A DNA stretch of 64,000 nucleotides from a virus: positions 11,508 to 75,507 of IMG/VR virus record IMGVR_UViG_3300046724_000152; one strand, given 5' to 3'. Below, piece by piece: positions 27,017 through 36,479 of the stretch. The position numbers and the translations under genes were made by a program. Under the pieces are notes generated by a model, which did no database searches, had not been told where the DNA came from, and saw nothing but the letters and a program-made list of their open reading frames with translations. Position 1 is the first letter of the stretch, and each line of letters begins with the position of its first letter.

Positions 27017-27585
27017 GTGATTATCCCCAGAGGAAAGCCGCTATGAAGATCACAGCGGCTATATTGAAGGTGGTGGCGACGATGAACAGCATGTTGTCGT
27101 ATTTCGATGGCATTTAATCCTCCCCGTCTTTGATTTTGGTACGTTCCAGCATGGCCCAAGCCATAGCGATAACTCCATCGACATGGGCCATTTGCTTATT
27201 GGATAAGATCATTGGATGGGTATCCGCAGCTATTGCCAGAGCCGTCAGCATAACCACGAGTTCATCGTAGGTTGGTTTCATGCTAGCCTCCTGTTTTGCT
27301 GGATACTTGCGATTGAACTCTCGAACAAACGCTTGGATTTCAGGACCGCTTGGTTTTAAGGCCATCGTTGTTCTCCATTTGGTGGTGGTGGTGAGTTCGT
27401 AAGAACTCACTCACCAACACCACCAGTTTGTGGTGGATTGAGAGTTGTTTGAACTGGTGATTTGTGTTATCCCTCAATGGGATAGGCCTTCAGAAGTAGT
27501 AGGACAGCACCAGGATGAGGATGAACACCATCAGGGTGTAAGTGACGAAGTAGATCATGCGGGTCTCCATTGGTTACCAAACGGC

Positions 27586-27615
27586 AAAAGGCCCCGGAGC
27601 AAAAGCTCCGAGGCC
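27586..27615 (-). terminator. Intrinsic terminator
   Basis: GGCCTCGGAGC-TTTT-GCTCCGGGGCC followed by TTTT on the minus strand. Confidence 0.6.
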
Positions 27616-27884
27616 TACGGTTGACAGTCTGATTAAGCCGCGAAGCGGCGATCCGCCCAGCGGTCAAGAGCAAGGAGGCCACTAGCCTCCTCATCGTCCC
27701 AACAGTCTGGCTCAATGGCAGCCCGCCTTTGGGCCTTCAGATCGTTCAAGAAGGAGTAAACTTGGTCGGACAATAGTTCACCAATCTCAGCTTGTGTCAT
27801 GATCGCGTCTTTCTTAGTGAATGAAGATCGTCTGATGGATGGAGAAGAAGCGAGGAGCTTTCGCTCCCCGCCATTTAGTTGCCC

Positions 27885-28280
27885 TTAGGCAACAGCTTGG
27901 ACAACGGGCTGTCCAGTAACGAGGCTGATGGGCTGATCTTTCTTAACCTGACCACTGTGAAACAGTGTGCCAACACCCTTAACGAAGATGCCACGCTGTC
28001 CAGCTTGGACTCGCATACCCTTCGACAACCAGCCCTTGTAGGTAAGGCAATCAACCCGAGGAGTGACCAGAAAGCCCTGCTTTTTAAAGGCTTTCGCAAC
28101 AGCAACGTCATTCTTAAGCTGACGATCACTGAAGCCACTGGTATTGCCCTTGGCAATGAACTTGGAAGCTGGCTTGTAGGTCGATACTGCCTTGTGAGTG
28201 GTCTGCTTCTTTGAGTTCAAAGCAGTAGCAACTGCGATTGCAATGGCAGTGGAAAGGGCTTGGATTTGGGCGTTTGTCAT
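27885..28280 (-). CDS. ArdC-N-like ssDNA-binding domain protein, first gene of the leftward block
   Basis: TYKGWLSKGMRVQAGQRG...LFH..QV; paralogue of 24301-24651. Confidence 0.55.
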   Translation of the reverse strand: MTNAQIQALSTAIAIAVATALNSKKQTTHKAVSTYKPASKFIAKGNTSGFSDRQLKNDVAVAKAFKKQGFLVTPRVDCLTYKGWLSKGMRVQAGQRGIFVKGVGTLFHSGQVKKDQPISLVTGQPVVQAVA

Positions 28281-28289
28281 TGTCAGTCT

Positions 28290-28745
28290 CCGTTTCGGTT
28301 GGCGAGCAGCTTAGCTCTCTGAGTAAGCTCTCAAAGCGAAGCAGAACGGAACGAAGTGAAGTGTAGAGCTTACGAAGAGAGCGAAGCGAGATGAGTGAAG
28401 ACTAGATGCGCGAGGCATTTCAATCACTTAGCTCAACACCTCTGGTGTTGCACACTTGCCACACTGGGGGCTGCTGCCTCGCATCTCTCTTCATTGATTG
28501 AGTTTAAGACGCGACCTGCCAAGCCATTGTAATCACTAGGCTACTTAGCCTAGTGAGGGCTGGCAGCGGCTGTTGGTCCTTAGCTTCTTTGTAAGGCAAA
28601 GCCTTACTGTAAGGGGAGCCGTACTAGGGGGTAGGGGGCTATTAGGAGGGGCGGCGGGTGCGATTTATATTTGTGTGCAGACAATCTTATGAGCAAAAAA
28701 TCCATAGAAACAGTTAGACTAACAGACGGCCTCATGTTAGACTAA
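28290..28745. other. Non-coding strand-switch region, candidate genome terminus or control region
   Basis: No ORF; purine-rich GAAG repeats, inverted repeats, G-runs, two GTTAGACTAAC palindromes. Confidence 0.45.
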
Positions 28746-30033
28746 CGCCATGTTAGATCCGCTTTGCAGGGACTGTAAGACTCGGCACCGATTGGGGGCT
28801 GAGTATTGTCCTTTGTATAAGGCTGAGAAGAAAACTGCGGAGAAAAAAATCAAGGAGAAGGCATGCTTGCCGAGTACGGCTTCTGTTTCAGGTTCCCCTG
28901 TCCTTGGTGCCAGGGAGAGCGATTCAGGATCAAGCGACCCGGTCTCCTCGTCCTTGTCAAGTGTCTTGAGTGCGGTGCGGTCCAAACGTGCTTCTACGGA
29001 GAGTTTCGACCGCAATGCATATCAGAGGGAGTACATGAGGAAGTACCGCAAACGTCAGAAGCAACCCTAGGAAGGCAATCATGTCCAGCGAAGAAGAAGA
29101 GGCCGGAGCTACCCCTCATGAAAAACTTGGAGAGGATTTCTTCTATGCCGCCTGTGTCTGTGGCGGCACCACGTTCAGGATCAAGCTCTACCCACCCCAC
29201 AACAACAAGTACAGAGCCCACTGTATCACCTGCGGCAACGACTGGTCACAGTCGCCCGAGGCTGGAAGACCGTCTCAGAGCCACTAGGAGCGGTCATGAA
29301 CCTTGAGGGAAGGCCTTATTTTTATGGCATTGGAATGCTGCCGGATGAAGGCTTTGGGTATGCCGCTGTGATTATAGCGGTGCTTTGTTATGCTCTGTTG
29401 GAGGCAGCCAGGGGAGCCATTGGCAAGCCTCCGCTCTGGTATCCGGTCTATCTCTGGTGGCGGAGCAGGCGTCGTGTCTAGGCCTTCGGTTCCCGAGGTG
29501 ATCCAGTTCTATCTGCCCCGGACCCCGGAGGAGCGGTCGAGGTGGTCCGATCCCGGCAGGAAGGCCGAGGCCACCCTGCTGACCTGGATCCACCGGATGC
29601 CCGACAACTTTGTCCTGGGTGCCGATGGCTACTGGTACTTCTATCCCGACATCGGGTTTCACATGAAACATCGAGCTGGAAAGAAAGGGTCCCATCCCAA
29701 TGGAGAAAAGGACGGGACCCCAGGCTGCTGAACTTAGGAGAATCAGCCCGCCTAATGTAGCAAAACCCGTGGCTGCTGGCTAGGCCGTTGTTCCCACAGG
29801 CCGAATTGTCTCCGACCTTGTAGTCGCTGATTCGCCCGAGGGTCTCCGAATGCACGGGATTGCACGGTGTCACCGTGCATTCCCGGTGATTGCAGGAAGC
29901 CGCATAACATGGGCCTTGCAGCGATTTCCGTGGATGGCGGTTTATGTTCGCTTGACCGCGATGTCTTTTCGGGACAGCTTCCATGGTGCTGCCGAATCAG
30001 AGCAGCGGACATGAACTTAGGAGACGTGGTAAA

Positions 30034-30483
30034 ATGGATATTATTGAGAAGGCTCAGGCGTTGCAGAATCTGGTGGCGGTTTATCGTGACCTTGGCGACA
30101 TGGAGGCTTTGGATGCCATGTTGGCTGCGGTCAGGAAGGCCACCAGTGCAGAGCAGGAGGAGCAGGAGGAGCAGGCGGTTTCACGCGGGAGGCGGACTGG
30201 CATCAAGCGTGGACCTTACAAGACCAGCGGGATGCGGATGGCGCTGATGGGTTCCGGCGTGATCACGCTGGAGGACTTGGTGCCGCTGGTCGAGCAGCAT
30301 CAGCATGTCCCGGGCCGCACTGTGGAGGCCAAGGGCGGCTGGCTGGCTGGCCAGATGCGCAAGAGCAAGCATGTCTACCGGGAGTGGCCGGATGGCCGCT
30401 GGAGTCTGCGCAACGACAACTCTCCAGGACCGAAGGAAGTCCAGAAGGACGGACCCAACGGTTCGGCCCCGACCGGGAAGTAA
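30034..30483 (+). CDS. Hypothetical protein
   Basis: AGGAG RBS; ends at a convergent hairpin. Confidence 0.5.
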   Translation: MDIIEKAQALQNLVAVYRDLGDMEALDAMLAAVRKATSAEQEEQEEQAVSRGRRTGIKRGPYKTSGMRMALMGSGVITLEDLVPLVEQHQHVPGRTVEAKGGWLAGQMRKSKHVYREWPDGRWSLRNDNSPGPKEVQKDGPNGSAPTGK

Positions 30484-30488
30484 CTGAC

Positions 30489-30530
30489 AAAAAACAGGGT
30501 CCCTGCCCACGGAGACAAGCAGGGACCCTG
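30489..30530 (-). terminator. Intrinsic terminator for the leftward sugar operon
   Basis: CAGGGTCCCTGC/GCAGGGACCCTG stem with a T6 tract on the minus strand. Confidence 0.65.
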
Positions 30531-30579
30531 ATGAGGATGCGTAGAGGGACGTTCAATCCAGCGAAGAGTCCGGATCGTA

Positions 30580-30885
30580 TCAGCACTCGGACTTGTTGGA
30601 TACCCCCTGGGTCAGAACCCGGTTGATAACCTGACCGCCCTCGAAGCTGTCGAGATAGACGAACTTCTCGCCGTCATAGATCTTTCTGACAACTCTGGTG
30701 TCAGTCATTGGATTGGCGTTATTCCGGTAGAGGTCCAGGGCGGTTTCCAAGGTGTCCATAATCTGCCCCAGGATGAACTTTGGCGGAGCCTCCGCTAGGG
30801 TAGTAGCTGCCACTTGTGCAGGTTTGGCAGCACTGGCGGCGACCGGAGCCCCGAGGATCAGGCCCAGCAGAGATCTGCGGTTCAT
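30580..30885 (-). CDS. Protein with Tat-like signal
   Basis: MNRRSLLGLILGAPVAASAA. Confidence 0.5.
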   Translation of the reverse strand: MNRRSLLGLILGAPVAASAAKPAQVAATTLAEAPPKFILGQIMDTLETALDLYRNNANPMTDTRVVRKIYDGEKFVYLDSFEGGQVINRVLTQGVSNKSEC

Positions 30886-31189
30886 GACGGCGTCACCGTT
30901 GTGACCGGCTTGTCCGGTGGCGGTAAGGGATAGGCCGCCGCTCGCTGAGCGAGGGCATCGACCTGGATCATGAACTGCTGGTCCATGTAGGCGCTGCTTT
31001 GCAGCGAGACCCTGGGAACCCAGGCCGTCATCGGTGCTTGTTTGTTTCTCCAGACTTTCAGCATCAGCGTGTCGAATGGATTGTCGACCTTGATATCGGC
31101 AAGGAGGCTGAACTTGGCCGCCTCGGCGGTGACAATGGGCAGCAGGATCGCTTGGATCTGTTCGAGGCTCTGGCCTGGATCGAATGGGT

Positions 31190-32194
31190 TCATTTCAGTG
31201 CATCTCCCCTGCGGTACTTCATCCCGGCCTTGCGGCCTATCAAGCTGGGCAACAGCTTGCATGGTAACCCATAGCCCGGTCGGATCGAACCGATATTCTC
31301 CAGCGAGAACTTCTCGCCCTTCTTGATGTCCTGGATGGCATAGAGACTCCGCCTGACCTGCCGGGTCGGATTGCTGTCCATCTTGGTCGGCTGCATGGCG
31401 GCATAGGTCTGCCTGACCTGATTAACCATGTGGGCAAAATCCCGTGGTCCCATCGAGAACTCGTCGTCCTCGGACACCACGTCCGGCAGATGGCCGAAGT
31501 GCTTCTCGATGATGCAGGCCCCGACCGCTACTGCTGCAATTGGCGCAAGGCTTCCTTCAGAATGGTCCGACAGTCCGACAACAGATCGTGGAAGCAGTCG
31601 CTGCAAGTGTCGGATCCCGCCAAGGTTAGATGTTTCGATGGTTCCAGGATATTCCGACATACAGTGCAGAAACGCGGCTTTGCCTCCGGAAGCCTGATCC
31701 GCGTCTTTGATCTCCTGGTCATTGCCCATCCCTGTAGAAATGATCATCGGTTTGCCGGTCGAGGCGGCATATTCAATCAATGGAATATCCACCAGTTCCA
31801 TCGAGGCGATCTTGTAAGCCGGACAGTTCAACTTTTCCAAATGATCGATAGCCGACATATCGAACACCGAACTGAAGATGGTAATCCCGGAATCCTTGGC
31901 CACCCGGTACAGATCCGGATGCCAGTCGAATGGGGTATGCGCCTTCTTGTATAGCTCCCACAGGGTCCGGCCCTTCCACAGCCCCTCCTGCACGATGAAG
32001 TCAGGCTTGTTCAGTTCGAGCGTAATGGTCTGCGGCTCATAGCACTGGGTCTTGATCGCCGAGGCCTTGGCTAATTTGGCCATCCGGATGATCTTCTTGG
32101 CGTTATCCAATGAGCCGCCATGGTTGCAGCTCATCTCGGCAATCACATAGGGCGGAAACTTCGGCCCGATATTGACCTTGTCGATCTTCATCAA
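31190..32194 (-). CDS. pseI: Pseudaminic acid synthase (NeuB family)
   Basis: PYVIAEMSCNHGGS, YKIASMEL.DIPLI, GLSDHS, IIEKHF, C-terminal SAF domain RRSLY...RPGYGL. Confidence 0.88.
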   Translation of the reverse strand: MMKIDKVNIGPKFPPYVIAEMSCNHGGSLDNAKKIIRMAKLAKASAIKTQCYEPQTITLELNKPDFIVQEGLWKGRTLWELYKKAHTPFDWHPDLYRVAKDSGITIFSSVFDMSAIDHLEKLNCPAYKIASMELVDIPLIEYAASTGKPMIISTGMGNDQEIKDADQASGGKAAFLHCMSEYPGTIETSNLGGIRHLQRLLPRSVVGLSDHSEGSLAPIAAVAVGACIIEKHFGHLPDVVSEDDEFSMGPRDFAHMVNQVRQTYAAMQPTKMDSNPTRQVRRSLYAIQDIKKGEKFSLENIGSIRPGYGLPCKLLPSLIGRKAGMKYRRGDALK

Positions 32195-32379
32195 TTCCCC
32201 TTCGGGTCATCTCTGAGCTTTATCAACTCGGCGATCACCGTATCGAGACTGCCTCGTGGAAGGACAATCTGTTTGACGAAGCAGTCGTCCTCGTCATAGG
32301 CGGCAAAGTGAATGCCGTCGCACTCATCGCAGGTGAAAATCTGGACACGAACACAGTCCTCATCGATTTGCAGGATCAT
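32191..32379 (-). CDS. Small CxxC-H protein
   Basis: CDECDGIH; paralogue of the adjacent gene. Confidence 0.55.
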   Translation of the reverse strand: MILQIDEDCVRVQIFTCDECDGIHFAAYDEDDCFVKQIVLPRGSLDTVIAELIKLRDDPKGN

Positions 32380-32580
32380 TCAATCCTCCTTTAGATTCAA
32401 TTGATCCCGGATCTTCATCATCTCGACAATGACAGCGTTAAGATCGTCCCGTCGAATCAAGGCCTGTCCTCGCAGGGTCTCATCCGGTGCATACATGGCG
32501 ACGTGGATATCGGCGCAACTGTCGCACAGGAATACCGTGATATGACAGTCGTTGGCTTTAGCTTTGAATGGAATGTCCAT
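32380..32580 (-). CDS. Small CxxC-H protein
   Basis: CDSCADIH; paralogue of the adjacent gene. Confidence 0.55.
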   Translation of the reverse strand: MDIPFKAKANDCHITVFLCDSCADIHVAMYAPDETLRGQALIRRDDLNAVIVEMMKIRDQLNLKED

Positions 32581-32634
32581 CAGCCCTCCTTCAGCGCGGC
32601 ATCGATCATGTCCATCCACCGCTCCGCCGTCATG

Positions 32635-33321
32635 TCATGCTCGTAGGTGTCGTTGCCCGCCAGCAGCATCTCTTCGGTTGGCACCCGCATCTCGAACAGG
32701 CAGGCCCTGGCGATCATCTTGACCCGGCCCTGGTCCAGGAAGTCCAGTTCTTCGTATCTGGGTGCCCCCTCCGGAGCGTTGACCTTCCAGATGGCCATTG
32801 CCACCCGCTCGATCATGGTCGGTTCCACTGGTTCGTCCATCTTTCCTCCAGTCATCGATGTTGAACTTGCTCATGCCGATCAGCCGTTCCTGCGGCACCC
32901 ACCAGCCCGACGAGTCGTTCTTCTTGTCGTAGGTCCAGAACTCGTGGCGCATGGTATCCTTCAGCATCATCCACCCGGCGATGACGAAGGTAAAACCGCG
33001 CCGTGGCGTGATCACCAGGACATAGGGCCGCTCCATGTCGGTATCGCTGGGATTGGTGATCAGATGGCCGCTTGCCACGGGCGTCGAGCGGATCTGCACC
33101 CCGAGAACATCCGGAGCCTTGTAGCTGCCGTTGGTCGGCTGCCAATAGACGCCATACTGCTTGGCCAGCATCTGCTCGGCATTAGCTCCGTCGATGTCAC
33201 AGGACCAGTCGGACTTGGCGGCTTCGAGCCGGTTTGGCGAGCCACGCTCCAGCGAAGCGATACGGCGGTCAACACCACAGATGGCTCCGATCCGCAGTTC
33301 TGTCGGTGTGGCATCGATCAT
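32635..33321 (-). CDS. Putative PD-(D/E)XK-like nuclease
   Basis: GANAE...PDV..VQIRST...YVLV; the 3' end overlaps another ORF, so extent is uncertain. Confidence 0.35.
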   Translation of the reverse strand: MIDATPTELRIGAICGVDRRIASLERGSPNRLEAAKSDWSCDIDGANAEQMLAKQYGVYWQPTNGSYKAPDVLGVQIRSTPVASGHLITNPSDTDMERPYVLVITPRRGFTFVIAGWMMLKDTMRHEFWTYDKKNDSSGWWVPQERLIGMSKFNIDDWRKDGRTSGTDHDRAGGNGHLEGQRSGGGTQIRRTGLPGPGPGQDDRQGLPVRDAGANRRDAAGGQRHLRA

Positions 33322-33335
33322 GATCCTGTCTTCGG

Positions 33336-34466
33336 TCACTGGAGCGAGTCCCCTACTTCCTTGAAGATCTGACGCATGATCTTTCGCTGCTTCCTGTTGG
33401 GCGAATACGAGCAGACCTCGAAGGTCATCAGGTCGCAATCCTCCAGCGTTTCCGCTATTGGATGCACATCTGGCATGTTGAACACCCGATGTAGTGGCGG
33501 TGCGTAGCCCTCACGCAACGGCAGACCGAAGCTGTTGATGCGGGCAACGAACTGCCGACGATCCCAATGCCAGATCTTGGCGGCCCAGATGTAATAGACA
33601 TGATGGCAACCGTCCCGCTCGACCGGCGGATGGATGTTCGGATAGTCGAACACCATGTCGGTCAGCTCTAACGCCAGCTCCCTGCGATTCTCGATGATAC
33701 CCGGACCTTTGCTCAACTGCGCCGAGGCCAGAGCCGCAATCGGCTCCGTCATTCTGAGGTTCAGACCCATGATCCCAGGCCGCAGCTCGCCGTGATTGAC
33801 GGCATCTCTTACCTTGAGGGCGAGGTCGTCGTCGTCGCTGACGACGATTCCTCCTTCCCCAGTCTGGAGATGTTTATGAATGTTAAGGCTAAACACACCA
33901 AGATGGCCGACAGTGCCAGCGTAATGATCACCGACTTTGGCAAACGGACTCTGCGCATTGTCTTCGATCATCCAGACTTTGTTGTGGTCACACCAACGTC
34001 TTATCTCTTCGAGATAAGCCGGATGACCGAACAGGTTGGTGACGATAACAGCTTTTGGCTTTCCCTTCGAACCGCCGATCTGCTTAAGATCCATGGAGAA
34101 TGTAACAGGCTCGATATCGATGAATTCTACATTTGCTCCAAGGATTTTAGCGCAGGATGCCGTGGCACTCATGGTGGTGGCAGGGCACCAGACCCTATCT
34201 CCGGGCCCAATGCCGACCGCCATGCATGCCGCCATCAACCCCGATGTGGCAGAATTACAGGGCACGGCATGTCGTACACCGAACGTAGATTGCCACTCGT
34301 CTGCGAGGCGCTGAACCCAATAGCCACCAGCATGATGACCACCAAGATAACCACTAAAAGGACGGCCCAAGGTCGATAGTACATAGCTCCTCTCCAGCCA
34401 GTTGCGGGTCTCGAACGGCTTCAGCACCCCAAGCTTGCTCTTCAACTTCGGCCCTAGTTTGTGCAT
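33336..34466 (-). CDS. DegT/DnrJ/EryC1/StrS sugar aminotransferase (PseC-like)
   Basis: CNSATSGL, MIEDNAQS, FSLNIHKHLQTGEGG, GLNLRM; the longer ORF-track N-terminus is an overlap artefact. Confidence 0.88.
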   Translation of the reverse strand: MHKLGPKLKSKLGVLKPFETRNWLERSYVLSTLGRPFSGYLGGHHAGGYWVQRLADEWQSTFGVRHAVPCNSATSGLMAACMAVGIGPGDRVWCPATTMSATASCAKILGANVEFIDIEPVTFSMDLKQIGGSKGKPKAVIVTNLFGHPAYLEEIRRWCDHNKVWMIEDNAQSPFAKVGDHYAGTVGHLGVFSLNIHKHLQTGEGGIVVSDDDDLALKVRDAVNHGELRPGIMGLNLRMTEPIAALASAQLSKGPGIIENRRELALELTDMVFDYPNIHPPVERDGCHHVYYIWAAKIWHWDRRQFVARINSFGLPLREGYAPPLHRVFNMPDVHPIAETLEDCDLMTFEVCSYSPNRKQRKIMRQIFKEVGDSLQ

Positions 34467-35305
34467 CGTATGCTCTGGCACATCCTGGCGATGTCCTGCT
34501 CCATGTTCGGCAGGGTAAAGCCGAACTTGCTCTCGACCCTGGTCAGGTCCAGCCTTGTGTCGAGCGGACGTGGAATCCGCCCTGGGATACCGACCGACTC
34601 CACCGGTCGCAGCCCCTTCAGGCTGTGGCCGAGGCCGTTGGCCAACAGCGCGGCAAACTTGGCTTTCGACATGCCGCTGGAAGAACCGAGATTGAAGGTG
34701 CCGGTTCGTGGCGTGTTGGCCATGGCCACCAGCCGTTCCGCCAAGGTCTGAGCCCACAGCGGACTGAACATGGCATCGGTATAGACATTGAACTCGACGC
34801 CTGACTTCAGCTTGCCGATCATGAAATCGGCCAGACTGCTCCTGGCCGGTGATCGCGCTGACCCATAGAAATTGGTCCGCACGATCAGGTGGTTCTGCAC
34901 CTTGGCGGCGGCAAACTCGCCCATGAACTTGCTCATGCCGTACATATTGATGGGATTCTCGCTCTTGGAATGCTCGCGGTGCGGGCCGTTGCCGGAGTAC
35001 ACCATGTCGGTTGATATATAAATCAACCGGCAGTTCCCCGGCATGTGAGCAGCGATGTTCTCCACCATGCCGCAGTTGTAGAGTACCGCCTTGTTCGGAT
35101 CCTTCTCGCACTCATCGATGTCGGTCAGCGCCGCAGCATGAACGATCATCTGCGGCGCTGTTTTTGCCATCCACGTCCTGACGCTGTCCCAGTCGGTCAG
35201 ATCGCAACTGCTTCTGGCCAAGCCCTCGACAGTGCCAAGCCTGGAGAATGCCATCTTCAGGTACGGCCCCAGCAGCCCGGTGTCGCCCGTGACCAGGATC
35301 CTCAT
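34454..35305 (-). CDS. RmlD-like NAD(P)-dependent sugar reductase (SDR)
   Basis: ILVTGDTGLLG, HAAALTD.D.CE, YISTDMVYSG, YGMSK. Confidence 0.85.
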   Translation of the reverse strand: MRILVTGDTGLLGPYLKMAFSRLGTVEGLARSSCDLTDWDSVRTWMAKTAPQMIVHAAALTDIDECEKDPNKAVLYNCGMVENIAAHMPGNCRLIYISTDMVYSGNGPHREHSKSENPINMYGMSKFMGEFAAAKVQNHLIVRTNFYGSARSPARSSLADFMIGKLKSGVEFNVYTDAMFSPLWAQTLAERLVAMANTPRTGTFNLGSSSGMSKAKFAALLANGLGHSLKGLRPVESVGIPGRIPRPLDTRLDLTRVESKFGFTLPNMEQDIARMCQSIRCTN

Positions 35306-35322
35306 GTCCGTGTCAGCTCCTG

Positions 35323-35529
35323 TTACTTGGCGAGGTGGGTCCAGATCTTGCCGATCCGGTTGTCGTACTTCTGGATGTGGTTGATGACGCGACCGGATTC
35401 CCTGGGTGCCTCGCGAACGGCGATGGCCAACAGCTCCATCCACTTGTCGTTGTTCCTGACCCTGATCTTGGCCATCCGGTCGATCAGGCTGCGCTTGGTC
35501 TTCGGTAACTCTTTGCGCTTCGTTCTCAT
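35323..35529 (-). CDS. Small basic hypothetical protein
   Basis: Coupled between sugar genes. Confidence 0.5.
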   Translation of the reverse strand: MRTKRKELPKTKRSLIDRMAKIRVRNNDKWMELLAIAVREAPRESGRVINHIQKYDNRIGKIWTHLAK

Positions 35530-36479
35530 AACATCCCTCTCAGTTGTTCGATGGTTAACCAATCGACATTAGTGTCGCTGGTGTAGCGCCATCCTGGAGG
35601 CACACGATTCTCGTAGTCTCTTTTTTTATGTCCAGGCTGGTCGATGCAGTAGAAGTTTGCGAAATCGGTTGTGTTCAGGCTTTCGTCTTCGGTGATCAGT
35701 GTCTCGTGGATTTTTTCTCCAGGTCTGATGCCGGTGTTGAATTCCAGAAATCCGTAATCGTCGCAAACAGCAACTGCAAGATCTCTGATTCTAATCGATG
35801 GAATCTTCGGTATGAGAATCTTCGAGTGAATTCCGACACTAGCCAACTCCTCTGCGTAGAGGACCAGCTTAACGCTCTGATCCATGGTGATCCAGAACCG
35901 CGTCATTCTTTCATCGGTAACCTTGAGGACTTTGCCCTCCGCCTTTCGCTTCTTAAATAATGGAAGAACAGAACCCCGCGAACCGGCAACATTGCCATAT
36001 CGCACAACATTGTAATGGCACCCGCCAGCGGCCAAGGCATTCGCTGCGACAAATATCTTTTCCGCTGCAAGCTTCGATGCACCATAAAGGTTGATTGGAT
36101 TAACGGCCTTATCTGTCGATAGTGCGACAACTCGCTGGACCTTAGCTCTGAGCGAAGCCTTAACCACATTCTCAGCCCCTGTGACATTGGTGGCGATGCA
36201 TTCGGTTGGATTGTACTCGGCGGTCGGCACGATCTTCAGCGCGGCGGCATGGATCACGGTATCGATGCCACGCATTGCCATCTCCAGACGGTCGAGGTCG
36301 CGGACATCGCCAATGAAGAAGCGCAATCGCTCGTCGTTGAAGCTATGCGCCATCTCCTCCTGGGTATGTTCGCCCCTGGAGTAGATTGCGATTCGCTCGA
36401 CACTCGGATCCTTGAGTATCCGACTGGCGAAGGCTTGGCCGAACGAGCCTGAGCCGCCAGTGATCAGGACGGATTTCAT
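35526..36479 (-). CDS. pseB: UDP-N-acetylglucosamine 4,6-dehydratase (inverting)
   Basis: LITGGSGSFG, FFIGDVRD, HAAALKIVPTAEYNP, LSTDKAVNPINLYGASK, RYGNV.GSRGSV, MTRFWIT. Confidence 0.92.
   Translation of the reverse strand: MKSVLITGGSGSFGQAFASRILKDPSVERIAIYSRGEHTQEEMAHSFNDERLRFFIGDVRDLDRLEMAMRGIDTVIHAAALKIVPTAEYNPTECIATNVTGAENVVKASLRAKVQRVVALSTDKAVNPINLYGASKLAAEKIFVAANALAAGGCHYNVVRYGNVAGSRGSVLPLFKKRKAEGKVLKVTDERMTRFWITMDQSVKLVLYAEELASVGIHSKILIPKIPSIRIRDLAVAVCDDYGFLEFNTGIRPGEKIHETLITEDESLNTTDFANFYCIDQPGHKKRDYENRVPPGWRYTSDTNVDWLTIEQLRGML

Noticed and set aside
34467-35111. 215-aa N-terminal extension of the DegT aminotransferase
   Set aside because: Overlaps the RmlD-like gene in another frame; the credible start is ATG 34466
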